Assembly (NCBI GenBank): GCA_009914755.4
Contig: CP086569.2
Coordinates: forward strand, 62,080,001 to 62,144,000
Direction: 5' to 3'
Length of the DNA: 64,000 nt
Origin: the human T2T-CHM13v2.0 reference genome, Homo sapiens
This document shows positions 50,801-64,000 of this stretch, in pieces; position 1 is the stretch's first letter, and each line of letters starts with the position of its first letter. Both the position numbers and the translations under genes were made by a program. Below the pieces are notes generated by a model. The model was not told where the DNA came from. It made no database searches and saw nothing but the letters and a program-made list of their open reading frames with translations.

Positions 50801-53800
50801 ATTTCTGTACATAGCAGGTATATATATTTATGTGGTACATGAGATATTTTGGTACAGATAGCTAATGCATAATAATCACATCATGGAAAATCAGTATTCA
50901 CCCCATCAAGCATTTATCCTTTGTGTTACAAACAATCTAATTATACTCTTTTTAGTTATTTTAAAATGTACAATTAGGTTATTATTGACTCTAGTTCCCC
51001 CATTGTTATGCTATCAAATACTAGAAGTTACTCATTCTAACTATTTTTTGGTACCCATTAACCATCCCCACCTTCTCCCTATTAACGACTACAATTTGAG
51101 GCTCTGGTATCCATTCTTCTATACTCTATCTCCATTAGTTCAATGACTAATGACTGCCAGTTCCATCCATGTTGTTGCAAATGACAGGATCTCATTATTT
51201 TTTATGACTGAATAATACCTCATTGTGTATATGTACATTTTCTTTATCCATTTATCAGTTGAGGGACACTTAGGTTGCTTCCAAATCTTGGCTATTGTGA
51301 ACAGTGCTGCAACAAACATGAGGGTGCAGATGTCTCTTTGATATACTGATTTCTTGTCTTTTGGGCATATACCCAGCAATGGGATTGCTGGATTGTATGG
51401 TAGCTCTATTTTTAGATTTTGGAGGAACCTCCAAACTGTTCTCCATAGTTGTTGTACTAATTTACATTCCCGCCAACAATGTATAAAGGTTCCCTTTTCT
51501 CCACACCCTCACTAGCATCTGTTATTGTCTGTCTTTTGGATATAAGCCATTTTAAGTGGGGCGAGAGGAGAATGTTGTTTAGATTTGCATTTATCTGATG
51601 AGCAATGATGCTGAGCCCTTTTTCATATTCCTGTTTGCATTTGTATGCCTTCTTTTGAGAAATGTCTTCAAGTCTTTTGCCCATTTTTAAATCAGATTTT
51701 TATATTTTCTTCTATAGAGTTGTTTGAGCTCCTTATTTATTCTGATTATCAATTCCTTGTCAGATGAGTAGTTTGCAAATATTTTCTTCCATTCTGTGGG
51801 TTGTCTCTTCACTTTGTTGATTGTATTCTTTGCTGTGCAGTAGCTCTTTAACTTGATGTGATCCCAGTTTTCCATTTTTGCTTTGGTTGCCTGTGCTTGC
51901 AAGGTAATTCTCAAGAAATTTTTGCCCAGACCAATGTCCTGGAGAGTTCTCCCAATGTTTTCTTGTAGTAGTTTCATAAGTTTAGTCTTAGATTTAAGTA
52001 TTTAATCCATTTGGATTTGGTTTTGTATAAGGTGAGAGATGGGTTCTAGGTTCATTCTTCTGCTTATGTATATCCACTATTCCCCTCAGCATTTATTGAA
52101 GAGACTTCCTTTTCCCCAATGTATGTTCTTGGCACTTTTACAGAAAGTGAGTTCACTGTAGGTATGTGGATTTGTTTCTGGGTTCTCTATTCTGTTCCAT
52201 TGGCCTATGTGTATATTCTTATGCGAGTACCATGCTGTTTTGATTACCATAGCTCTGTAATATAATTTGAAGTCAGGTAATATAATTCCTCCAGTTTTCT
52301 TCTTTTTGCTCAAAATAGATTGGGCTACTTTGGGTCTTTTGTGGTTCTATATAAATTTTAGAATTGCTTTTTTTTATTTCTGTGAAGAATATCACTGGTA
52401 TTTTGATACGGATTGCATTGAATCTGTAGATTGCTTTGGGTAGTATGAACATTTTGACAACATTGATTCTTCCAATCCATAAACATAGAATATCTTTCCA
52501 TTTTTTGTGCGTACTCTTCAATTTCTTTCATCAGTGTTTTACAACTTTCATTGTAGAGATCTTTAACTTCTTTGGTTAAGTTAATTTCTAGGTATTTAAA
52601 TTTTTGTGTGGCTATTGTAAATGGGATTACTTTTTGATTTTTTTCAGATTGTTTGCTGTTGGAATATAGTAATGCCATTGAGTTTTGTATGTTGATTTTG
52701 TATCCTGCAATGTTACTGAATGTGTTTTATCAGTTCCAATAGGTTTCTTATGGAGTCTTTAGGTTTTTCCAAATATAAGATCATATCATCTGCAAACAGG
52801 GATAATTTAACTTCTTCCTTTCCAATTTGGAGGTCCTTTATTTCTTTCTCTTGTCTGATTGCTCTAGCTAGGACTTCCAATACTATGTTGAATAACAGTG
52901 GCAAAAATAAGCATCCTTGTCATGTTCTGATCTTAGAGGAAAAGCTTTCAACTTTTCCCCATTCACTATAATACTAGCTGTGGGTCTGTCATCTATGGCT
53001 TTTATTATGTTGAAGTATGTTCCATCTATATACCTAGGTTTTTTTAGGGTTTTTCTTTATCATGAAGGGATGTTGAATTTATCAAATCTTTATTAAGCGT
53101 TTATTTTAATGATCATATGGTTTTTGTCCTTCATTCTGTTGCTGTATCACATTGATTGACTTGCATATGGTGAACCATTCTTGCATTCCTGGGATAAATC
53201 CCACTTGGTCATGATAAATGATCTTCTCAGTGTGTTGTGCAACTTGGTTTGCTAGTATTTTGTTGAAGAATTTGCATCAATATTCATCAGGGATGTTGGC
53301 CTATAGTTTTCTTTTATTGATGCATATTTGTCTAGTTTTGATATCAGAGTAACACTGGCATCATAGAATGAGTTTAGAAGTATTCCCTCTTTATTTTTTA
53401 AAATAGTTTGAGTAGGATTGGTATTAGTTCTTTGAATGTTTGGTAGAATTCAGCAGTGAAGCCAATGGGTCCCAAACTTTTCTTTACTGGGAGACTTTTT
53501 ATTACAGATTCTTCTAGTTACTTGTTATTGGTCTGTTCAGGTTTTGGATTTCTTCATGATTCAATCTTGGTAGGTTGTATATATCTAGGAATTTATCCAT
53601 TTATTCTAAATTTTCCAATTTATTGGCATATAGTTGCTCATAGTAGCTGCTAGTGATCCTTTGAATTTCTGTGGTATCAGTTGCTATGTCTTTGTGTTTC
53701 ATCTCTGATTTTATTTATTTGGGCCTCTCTCTTTTTTCTTATTTAGCCTGGCTAAAAGTTTGTGAATTTTGTTTACCTTTTTTGAAAACCAACTTTTGTT

Positions 53801-56800
53801 TCATTGACCTTTTGTATTGTTTTGTTCATTTCAGATTAATTTATTTCTGTTCTGATCTTTATTATTTCTTTTTACTATTTTTTTTTTTGCTATTTATTTT
53901 TACTTTATTATTTCTTTTTATCTATTTACTAATTTTGGGATCGGTTTGTTCTTGGCTTTCTAGCTCTTTAAGATGCATCTTTAGGTTGTTTTTTTGAAGC
54001 TTTTCTTCTTTTTTGTTGTAGGGACTTATAGCTATAAATTTTTCTCTAGTACTGCTTTTGCTGTATCCCTTAGGTTTTGGTATGTTGTGTTTCCATTATC
54101 ATTTCTTTCAAAAACTTTTTGAATTTTCTTCTTAATTTCATCATTGACCAACTGATCATTCAGGAGCATATCATTTAATTTCTGTATGTTTATATAGTTT
54201 CCAAAATTTCTCTTGTTATTTATTTATAGTTTTATTCCATTGTGATGCTTGATATTATTTCAAGTTTTTGCATGTTTTAAGATTTGTTTTGTTACCTAAC
54301 ATATGATCTATCATTGTGAATGATTTATGTTTTGAGGAGAAAAATGTGCATCCTGCAGTTGTTGGATGAAATGTTCTATAAATATCCATTAGGTTCATGT
54401 GTTCTATAGAGCATAATTAGTCCATGTTTCTTTGTTGATTTTCTGTCTGGGAGATTTGTCCAATGCTTAAAGTGGGGTATTGAAGCCTTCAGCTATTATT
54501 GTATTGGGGTCTATCTCTCTTTAGCTCTAATAATATTTGCTTTGTATATCTGGGTGCCCCAATATCAGGTACATATGTATTTACAATCATGTTCTCTTGC
54601 TGAATTGGCCCCATAATCATTATATGATGACCTTTGTCTCTTCTTACAATTTTTGTTGTGAGGTCTACTTTGTCTGATATATGTATAGCTACTTCTGCTC
54701 TTTTTGGTTTCATTGGCATGGAATATCATTTTCCATTTCTTTGTTTTCAGTCTATATGTATCTTTATAGGTGAAGTGTGTTTATTGTAGGCAACAGATCA
54801 TTGGGTCTTGTTTTTTAATTTATGCAGCCATTCTGTTTTTTAATTGGAGAGTTTAGTCTATTTACATTCAATGTCCTTATTAATAAGTAGAGACTTACAC
54901 CTGCCATTTTGTTATTTGTTTTCTGGTTGTTTTGTGATCTCTTCCTTCTTTCATTCCTTCCTGTCTTGAAAAGGTGATTTTCTCTGGTGGTATAATTTAA
55001 TTTCTTGTTTTTTATTTTTTGTGTCTGTTATATGTTTTTCAATTTGAGGTTACCATGAGGCCTGCAGATACTATCTTATATCCCATGATTTTAAACTGCT
55101 GACAATTTAACTCTGATTGCATAAACAAACATACATGCAGAAAGAAAACTAATACAAACTCTACACTTTAACTTCATCCCCTTGCTTTTTAATTTTTTGT
55201 TGTTTCCCTTTATGTCTTACTGTACTGTCTGTGTCTTGAAAAGTTGTTTTGGTTATTATTTTTGATTGGTTCATCATTTAATCTTTCTTTTTTTAATTTT
55301 ACTTTAAGTTCTGGGATACACATGTAGAACGTGCAGGTTTGATACATAGGTATACATGTGCCATGGTGGTTTGCTGCACCTATCAACCCGTCATTATTTA
55401 TTCTTTCTATGTAAGTTAAGAGAAGCTTACACACCACTTACAGTGTTGTACTATTCTGTATTTTTCTGTGTGCATACTATTACCAGTGAGTTTTGTACCT
55501 TTAAATAATTTCTCATTAATGCCCATTAATGTCTTTTTCTTTCAGATTGAGGTACTCCCTTTAGCATTTTTTGTAGGACAGGTCTGGAGTTGATTAAATC
55601 TCTCAGCTTTTGTTTGTCTGGGAATGTATTTCTCCTTCATGCTTTAAGGATATTTTCACTGGATATACTATTCTAGGGTAAAAGGTTTATTGTTTCAACA
55701 CTTATATCATGCCACTCCCTCCTTGCCTGTAAGGTTTCCACTGAAAAGTCTGCTGCCAGACATATTGAAGCTCTATCATATGATATTTCTTTTCTCTTGC
55801 TGCATTTAGGCTCCTTTCTTTATCCTTGACCTTTGAGAGTTTGATTGTTAAATGCCTTGAGGTAGTCTTTGGGTTAAATCTGCTTAGTGTTGTATAAGCT
55901 TCTTGTGCTTGAATGTTATCTTTCTCTAGGTTTGGGACATTCTGTCATATAATGTCTTTGAAAAAAACTTCCTACTCATAGCTCTTTCCCTACCTTCTCT
56001 TTAAGGCCAATAACTCTTAGATTTGCCCTTTTGAGACTATTTTCCAGATCTGTAGGCATACTTCATTTTTTTATTCTTTTTTATTTTGTCTCCTCTGACT
56101 TTGTATTTTCAAATAGCCTGTCTTCAAGCTCACTAATTCTTTCTTCTGCTTCATCAATTCTGCTATGAAGAGACTCTGATGCATTCTTCAGCATGTCAGT
56201 TGCATTTTTAACTCTAGAATTTTTGCTTGATTCTTTTTAAGTTTTTAAATCTTTGTGTTAAATTTATCTGATAGAATTCTGAAGTTCTTCTTTATGTTTT
56301 TTTGAATTTCTTTGAGTTTCCTTAAAACAGCTATTTTGAATTCTCTGTCTGAAAGGCCAGATATCTGTTTCTCCAGGATTGATCCCTGATGCCTTATTTA
56401 CTTCATTTGATGAGATTATGTTTTCTTTTCCTGGATGGTGTTGATGCTTGTAGATGTTCTTCAGTGTCTGAGTGTTGAAGTGTTAGGCATTCATTGTAGT
56501 CTTCAAAATATGGGCTTGTTTCTGTCTGTCCTTCTTAGGAAGACTTTCCAGGTATTCAAAGGGATTTGGACCCCAAGTCCAATAATGCTTTCACTTTTGC
56601 AGACTCATAGAGGTACCACCGTGGTGGTCTTAGATAAGATCTGGAAGAATTATCTGTACTACCAGGCAGAGACTCATTCTTTTTCCTTACTTTCTCCCAA
56701 ACATATGGCATCTCTTTTTCTCTGTGTTGAGCCACCTGGAACTGGGAGTGTGGTGATGCAAGCATCCCTGTGGCCACCACTAGAGGAACTGTGCTGGGTC

Positions 56801-58950
56801 AGACCTGAAGCCAGAACAGCACTGGGCCTTACCCAAGGCCCTTCCCTTCAGTGTGGCAAGTTTTTTCAGGCCCCAGGCATGTCTAGAGATGCTGTTTGGG
56901 AACCAGGGATTGGAGTCAAAAAATGTAGCAATTTACCTGATGTTCTATTCTACTGTGGCTAAGATGGCACTCAAACCACAATACAAAGTACTTCCTGCTC
57001 TTCCCCCAACTTTTCCCAAGCAGAGGAGCCTCTCTCTGTGGCCACCAACACCACCAGTCCACGGGGGATTCTGCCAGCCCACCACCAATGTTTGCGTAAA
57101 GCCTAAGGACTTCCATCAGCTTATGGTGAATGCTGCCATTCCTGGGACTCATCTTTCAGGGCAGTGAACTCCTCTCTGGCCCAGAGCAGGTCCAGAAATG
57201 CTGTCTAAGAGCCTAGGCCAGTACTTAGGGACTCCAACAGTGTGATTGTTGCTCTACCCTCACTGTGGCTGAGCTAGTACCTGGGGTGCAAGACAAAGTC
57301 CCCTTTACTTTTTCCTCTGCTTTTCTCAAACAGAAGGAGTCTTTCACTATAGCCACCACAGCTGGGAATGTGCTGGGTCTCCCCTGAAGTCAGCATATCT
57401 CAGAGCCCAAGGTCCATGGCATACTTCCTGGGTATCACTGGTGGTTGTTCGTGGCCCAAGGGCTTTTTAGTCAGCAGGTGATAAATCCTGCCAGGACTGG
57501 GTCCTTCCCTTCAAGACAGCAGATTTCCTTTTGGCTCAGGGTGTGTCTAGAAATGTTGTCTGGGAGGTAGGGCCTGGAATGGGTGCCTCACAACTCTGCC
57601 TGGTGCCTTATCTTGATGTAGCTGAGCTAGTATCTAAGTTGCAAGACAAAGTCCTCTTTACTCTTCCCTCTCATCTTCAAATGGAAGGAAGGAGTCTCTT
57701 TCTGAGTTGTGAGCTGCACTGCCTGTGATTGGATGAGAAGTAGTGCAAGAACTCCCCCAGCTGCCCCAGCTGGTGTCTCACTAGATTGTGTGCCCCCTAA
57801 GTCCACTGGCTCTGAGCCCAGTTCAGCACTAGAACTCGCCTAGGAGTTACAGTCCTCATGTCCTTTCAAGGACCCTATTGCACTTCAGCCAGTGGTGGCA
57901 AGGCTTGACAAGAAACCCAAGTTCCAATTGCTGGGATACATGATACTGCTCTAGCTAAGGCTGGTCCAAATGTTCCCTCCATGCACAGGTGCTGGCTGAG
58001 CCCAGCATGTCTTTATTCTCCATTGTGACAGGGCAGCACTGAGTTTAATGTAAATTCCCCCAGTCGCTGTGCTTGCCCTCCCCAAAGTGCAAAGATTCTC
58101 TCACTGTGACACATGGCCACTGCCAGGGGATGGAGGAGGGGTGGCATCAATGATTCAAGACTGTCTCTCTTGCCCTCCTCAATGCCTCTTTCCATAATAA
58201 GAAGTTAAAACCAGGTACCGTGATTGCTCATCTGATTTTTGGTTCTTGTGATGGTGCTTTTCTGTGTGAAGATAATTGTTAAAATTTGGTGTTCCAGCAG
58301 GGGGGATGAACAGTGTAGGCTTCTATTCCACAATCTTTCTTGCCCCTGCTTTAATCTTTTTCTCTGAATTCTTCATATTAGATAATTTCTATCACTCTGT
58401 CTTTAGGTTCACTGATTCCTTCCTTTGCCATCCCAAAGATGTTGTGGAACCCATTTACAGCAGTTTTTCTTTTGGGAATCATACTCTTCAACCCTATACT
58501 TTTTATTTTGTTCTTTATGTTTTATTTCTTTATTGATATTTTCTATCTGTTGGATCATTGTCATTTAGTTTCATCTAGTTCTTTAAAGATTGCTTCCTTC
58601 AATTCTTTGAAGTCACTGTCTGCTAAATCCAACATACAGTTTCTGCTTTAACTCCTGATTATGGGCTTCATTTTGCTGTTTTCCCACACATCTCTTAATT
58701 TTTCTTGAAACCTAACTTTTTTAGGTAATATATTTCATCAACTTAATTCTGGCTCTTTCCCTCAATGTTATGTTTTCTTTTTACTTTTTTGTTTTTCTTT
58801 TTGTATTTTAATAATTTGCCTGGCCTTAATCTGCAGAATCTGTCTTCCCCGTGCTGTGTACCCACTGATGTCTCTGTTCATTTTTTTAATCATAACTTTT
58901 TTTTAATCCTGGTTTTCTATGAATTGCCCCTGTGATTGCACAGCTCAGTG
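50800..58950 (-). mobile_element. Older L1PA/L1PB-type LINE-1, near full length (3' end at about 50800; ORF2 51140-54950; ORF1 about 55000-56400; long 5'UTR with tandem monomers of about 360 bp at 56440-57720), carrying secondary insertions
   Basis: Minus-strand ORF-track hits: ORF2 C-terminus (FVAALFTIAKIWKQPKCPSTDKWIKKMYIYTMRYYSVIKNNEILSFATTWMEL), RT ([47 protein letters not shown]) and EN (GHHIMIMGPIQQENMIVNTYVPDIGAPRYTKQ). Many stops are present. The 5'UTR shows 3-4 tandem units. Confidence 0.65.
55290..55395 (-). mobile_element. Short L1 3'-terminal fragment (about 105 bp) nested inside the older L1
   Basis: ttttactttaagttctgggatacacatgtagaacgtgcaggtttgatacataggtatacatgtgccatggtggtttgctgcacctatcaacccgtcatt. 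Confidence 0.5.
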
Positions 58951-59031
58951 GTCAGCAAATGATTCGACAAAATATGTGTTCAAATAACTGTAGTCCATAA
59001 GTCTTCCACTCTCTTTCAATGTACGTTTTTA

Positions 59032-59380
<349 letters not shown>

Positions 59381-59604
59381 TCATCAACTTTTATTTTTTT
59401 GCTGGGCCTTCTCAGATTTACCCTGTCTATGCTTGTTATCTTCCCAATCAGCCAAGGATGTATGGAGAGCTTAAGTAGCCCGTCTATAGCTCTCACATTA
59501 TAAGAATATTCCCATTACATTTCTAGTTTACTTGCTACTCACCTCAACAAGGACTACAACATCAGGCTAGCTAAGCTGTAGGTCATCCCTCTTGTTTACT
59601 ACCT

Positions 59605-60105
59605 TTTTAAAAATACTTTAAGTTCTGGGATACACGTGCAGAACATGCAGGTTTGTTACATAGGTATACACATGCCATGGTGGTTTGCTGCACCCATCAA
59701 CCTGTCATCTAGGTTTTAAGCCCCACATGCATTAGGTATTTGTCCTAATGCTCTCCCTCCTCTTGCCCCCCACCCCCTGACAGGCCCCGGTGTGTGATCT
59801 TCCCCTCCCTGTGTCCACATGTTCTCATTGTTCAACTCCCACTTTTGAGTGAGAACATGTGGTGTTTGGTTTTCTGTTCCTGTGTCAGTTTACTGAGAAT
59901 GACGGCTTCCAGCTTCATCCATGTCCCTGGAAAGGATATGAACTCATCCTTTTTTATGGCTGCAGGGTATTCCATGGTTATAAGTGCCACATTTTCTTTA
60001 TCCAGTCTATCATTGATGGGCATTTGGGTCGGTTCCAAGTCTTTGCTATTGTAAATAGTGCTTCAATAAACATATGTGTGCATGTGTCTTTATAGTAGAA
60101 TGATT
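59605..60105 (-). mobile_element. L1 (older L1PA-type) 3'-end fragment, minus strand
   Basis: tactttaagttctgggatacacgtgcagaacatgcaggtttgttacataggtatacacatgccatggtggtttgctgcacccatcaacctgtcatctagg...tcccacttttgagtgagaacatgtggtgtttggttttctgttcctgtgtcagtttactgagaatgacggcttccagcttcatccatgtccc. Confidence 0.75.
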
Positions 60106-61094
60106 TTATTGGCAAACTGCTGAGTGTAGGTCCTGCCCTATGCTCCAAGTCAAGCCAGCATCTTCTGTCAGTGAAACTTTGGTTTTCCCAGCCAGAATAT
60201 CATAGTAAAACTACCATGCTGATTGAGCTGAATGGGAGTGGCCTCAAGCAAGAAAGCTGCAGACTCCCACTGTTTTTACTGGAATTTATAGCAGATTTTC
60301 ATAAATAATTGCTTCTCTATTTTTTGTTTTCCTTTTTTCAATTTCCAGAGCCCTGTAATGTCCAGTTAATACTTGTTTTGTCAGGAGAGGATTTGCTGAA
60401 GGCTTCACTCTGCCACAACTGAAAGTCTTATGATCTAAAAAGTTTTTAAATACGATTTGATAAAAATTCATTTGGGAGTATAAATGTGTAAGAATATCCA
60501 AGAAAAATCTTGACAAAAAAAGATTGTGTTCAGAAAAATACCACCCTCCCAGATAGCACTGTGCCCCATAACTATGTATAATTTTTGTGTTAATTATAAA
60601 TAAAATAAAACTTTAAAAATTATAAAACTACAATAGCAGAAAACATATGAGCCTGACACAGACATAAACAAATTAATCAAATAAAATAGTTTCTAGAAAC
60701 ATACCTGTATGCCTGTGGGAATTTAATATGCAATAAATATGGCATATAAAATCAATGAGACAAAAGGGTGTTTGAACAATTAACCGGGCATTTCGAATAC
60801 AAAATAAAGACACACCACAGAAACAAATATAATCATATTAATAAATATGACATTTCAAATCAATGGATAAAAGTGTTTGAACAATTGGCTATTTATTTAG
60901 AAATTTTATAAAGATACCAAAGAGAAACAAACACACTCTGATGTATTAAATATTTAAATGTAAAGTATAAGATCATTTAAAAAATAAATTGAGATAGGAA
61001 AGGCTTTCTGAAGCCAAACGCAAAATCTGGAAACCATATAGGAAAATATTGACAGATATAAAAATGAAACATGATAGGTAAGTTATAAAATAAG

Positions 61095-64000
61095 CAATGA
61101 GGATTTCTAGGAGCAAGATGATGAAATAAAAGTCTCCACCAATCATTCACCCCACAAGGACACCAATTTAAAAACTATCTACACAGAAAAAGCACCTTCA
61201 TAAGAACCAAAAATCAAGTGAGTACTCACAGTACCTGGTTTAGCTGAAAGAGGCACTGAAGAGGTAGAAAAAACAGTCTTGAATCACTGATGCCACCACC
61301 CCCACAATGTGCCCTGGCAGCTATTAATAGCTGCAGCATGCTGCAGAGAGCATTTTTGTGCACTGGGGGAGGGAGAGCCCAGTAATTGTGAGGCATTGAG
61401 TTTCGTGCTGTCCTGTTATAGCAGAAAACAAACCAAATCAAACTCAGCTGATGCCCGCCCATGGAGGGAGCATTTAAACCAGCCCTGGCCAGAGGGAAAT
61501 CACCAGCCCTAATGGTCTAAACATGAGTTGTGCAAGCCTTGCTACAGTGGGCTATAGTGCTCTGGGGCTCTAAATAAACTTGAAAGACAGTCTAGGCCAC
61601 AAGGACAGCAACCTCTAGGCGAGTCCTAGTGCTGAACTGGGCCTAGAGACAATGGACTGGGGAGCGTGTGACCTACTGAGACACCAGCTGAGGCAGCTAA
61701 GGGAGTGCTGGTATCACCCCTCCCCTAACCCCTAACCCCTGGCTGCACAGTTGACAGCTCCAAAAGAGACCCCTTCCTTCCACCTAAGGAAAGGATAGGA
61801 AATAGTGGGGAGGACTTTGTCTTGCATCTTGGATATCAGCTCAGCCACAGCAGGATAGGGCATTGGTCAGAGTCACAAGACCCCTTTTCAGGGCCTAGCT
61901 CCCAGACGACAATACTAGACACACCCTGGGCCAGAAGGAAGGTCACTGCCTTCAAGGGAAGGACCCAGTCCTGGCAGCATTCATCACCTGCTAATTAAAG
62001 AGCCCTGAATAATCAGCAGTAATCCCCAGGTACTACACTGAAGGATTTGGCTTCAGGTGAGACTCAAGACATTCCCGGCTGTGGTGGCTATGGGGCAACT
62101 CCTTCTGCTTGAGAAGAGCAGAGGGAAAAGTAAAGGGGAGTTTCCCTTGCTCCGGAGGTACCAGCTCAGCCACAAGGGGGTGAAGCACCAAATGGGCTCT
62201 TGGAGTCCCCAGTTCCAGGACTTGGCTCTTTGATGGCATTTCTGGACCTGCCCTGGGTCAGAGGGGAGCCCATTGCCCTGCAGGGTAAGTCCCAGGCCAG
62301 GCAGCATTTACTACAAGCTGACAGAAGAGCCCTTGGGCTCTAAGTGAACATTGACAGTAGTCTGACAATACTCCTCATGGGCCTGTGATCGTGTTGGCCA
62401 CAGGGTGGGGCTCCTTTGAATTTGGAAACGGGAGGGAAGAGTGGGAAGGACCGTGTCTAGTTGACTGTGTACAGCTCAGTCGCAGTACAATAGAACACCA
62501 TTAGACTTCCAAGGTTTTTGAATCTAGTCCCTGGCTGCCAGACAGCATCTCTGGGCCTCCCTGGGGCCTGGGGGATCTCATCCTACCTTGAAGGGAAGGA
62601 CACAGGCCTGTCTGGTTTTGCCACCTGCTGATTGTAGAGACCCATGGTCTTGAGCAAACATAGGCATTAGCCAGGTAGTAGTTATAGCAGGCCTTGGTCA
62701 AGACCCCGTGCTGTACTGGCTTCAGGTCTGACCCAGTGCAGTCACAGTGGTGGTGACCACAGGGGTGCTTGTGTCATGCCACCCCCAGCTTCAGGTGGCT
62801 CAGAACACAGAGAGAGAGAGACTCTATTTGAGAAAGTAAGGGAGAACAGGAGTTTCTGCCTAGTAATCTAGAGAATTCTTCCAGATCTTGTCCAAGACCA
62901 TCAAGGCAGTATATCTAAAAGTCTGCAAGAACCACAGTGTTACTGCTGCCCCCTAAAGTGGATACAGCTTAGATCACAACCCCCAAGTCTTACCAATATC
63001 TGGAAAGCCTTCCCAAAAAGGTTGGGTATAAAGAAGCTCAGATTGTGAAGACTACAATAAGTACCCAACTCTTCAATGCCCAGACACAGACAAACATCTA
63101 CAAGTATCAAAACAATCCAGGAAAACATGGCCCCACTAAATGAGCTAAATAAGGCACTAGGGACCAATCCTGGAGAAACAGAGATATCTGACTTTTCAGA
63201 CAGATAATTCAAAATTGCTGTTTTGAGGACTCTCAAATAAATATGAGATAACACAGAGAAGGAATTCAGAATTATATCAGATAAACTTAACACAGATATT
63301 GAAATAATTTTAAAGAATCAAGAAGAAATTCTGGAGCTGAAAAATGCAGTAGGCATACTGAAGAATGTACCAGAGTCTTTCCATAACAGAATTGATCAGG
63401 CAGAAGAAAGAATTAGTAGTGAGCTTGAAGACAGGCTATTTGAAAATGCACAGTCAGAGAAACCAAAATAAAAAAAGAATAAAAACAATGAAGCATACTC
63501 ACAGGATCTAGAAAATAGCCTGAAAAAGGCAAATCTAAGAGTTATTGATCTTAAAGAGGAGGTACAGGGGTAGGGGAGGGTAGAAAGTTTATTCAAAGGG
63601 ATAGTAACAGAGAACCTCCCAAACCTAGAGAAAGATATCAATATCCAAGTACAAGAAAGTTATAAAATACCCAGAAGATTTAACCCAAAGAAGACTACCT
63701 CAATGCATTTAATAATCAAACTCCCAAAGGTCAAGGATAAAGAAAGGATCCTAAAAGTAGCAAGAGAAAATAAACGAATAACATACTATGGAGCTCCAAT
63801 AACCTGGCAGCAGACTTTTCAGTGGAAAGCTTACAGGTTAGGAGAGAGTGGCATGATATATTTAAAGAGCTGAAGGAAAAAAAAAAACTTTATCCTAGAA
63901 TAGTGTATCTGGCAAAAATTATCCTTCGAACATGAAGGAGAAATAAAGGCTTTCCAAGACAAACAAAAACTGAGGAACTTCATCAACACCAGACCTGTCC
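61095..64000 (+). mobile_element. Older L1PA/L1PB-type LINE-1 5' portion: 5'UTR with tandem monomers of about 350 bp, then ORF1 from about 63110, running off the window end
   Basis: The start ggaggatttctaggagcaagatgatg resembles the L1 5' terminus ggaggagccaagatggccgaatagg. 61790-62700 contains three related units (cagctcagccacagcaggatagggc..., ccagctcagccacaagggggtgaagc..., cagctcagtcgcagtacaatagaac...). From 63110 the translation reads MAPLNELNKALGTNPGETEISDFSDR.FKIAVLRTLK.I.DNTEKEFRIISDKLNTDIEIILKNQEEILELKNAVGILKN..., which is L1 ORF1p. Confidence 0.7.

Noticed and set aside
56435-57167. 175-aa and 104-aa plus-strand ORFs in a GC-richer region
   Set aside because: They lie in the antisense of the tandem-repeat 5'UTR of the minus-strand L1. 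The composition is 5'UTR-like rather than coding, and the peptides are low-complexity and repeat between monomers.

Overview
This window is primate (human-type) nuclear DNA from a repeat-dense region, probably pericentromeric or on an acrocentric short arm. It is not a prokaryotic locus, and I found no operon-like or defence-system-like architecture. Every long ORF in the six-frame track is explained by L1 ORF1/ORF2 remnants, by translation of simple repeats, or by the periodicity of the satellite. Bases 1-7295 are a tandem array of about 106 monomers of 68-69 bp, each with a GATC (Sau3A) site. The monomer matches my recollection of the beta-satellite (BSR) consensus. The array shows irregular higher-order periodicity of 2.0-3.0 kb. 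It ends abruptly at a 5'-truncated L1PA element (7296-10908, + strand). The rest of the window is interspersed-repeat DNA. It carries more than 30 Alu copies, including six in strictly alternating orientation at 16.9-19.2 kb, and several ancient L1M/L1PB fragments. A young L1PA3-5-like element lies on the minus strand at 42813-46027, with an intact reverse-transcriptase domain and a single +1 frameshift. Two older L1s with tandem-repeat 5'UTRs lie head to head at 50.8-64 kb. MIR fragments, a probable solo ERV1 LTR and several microsatellites are also present: (AAAG)n, (AC)n, (TA)n, (TTG)n and a 54-nt pure poly(A). The non-repeat observations of most interest are three. One is a pair of inverted segmental duplications of about 1.15 kb at about 97% identity, at 21990-23135 and 34345-35490, bracketing about 11.2 kb. 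The second is a short exon-like segment that retains CpGs just distal to the satellite/L1 block (10958-11169), followed by an AT-rich stretch carrying AATAAA signals that resembles a 3'UTR. The third is an Alu-L1 3'-end chimera consistent with reverse-transcriptase template switching (38395-38834). All coordinates were read by eye and are approximate to about 5-20 bp. Repeat family names are from memory of consensus sequences and were not confirmed by a database search.
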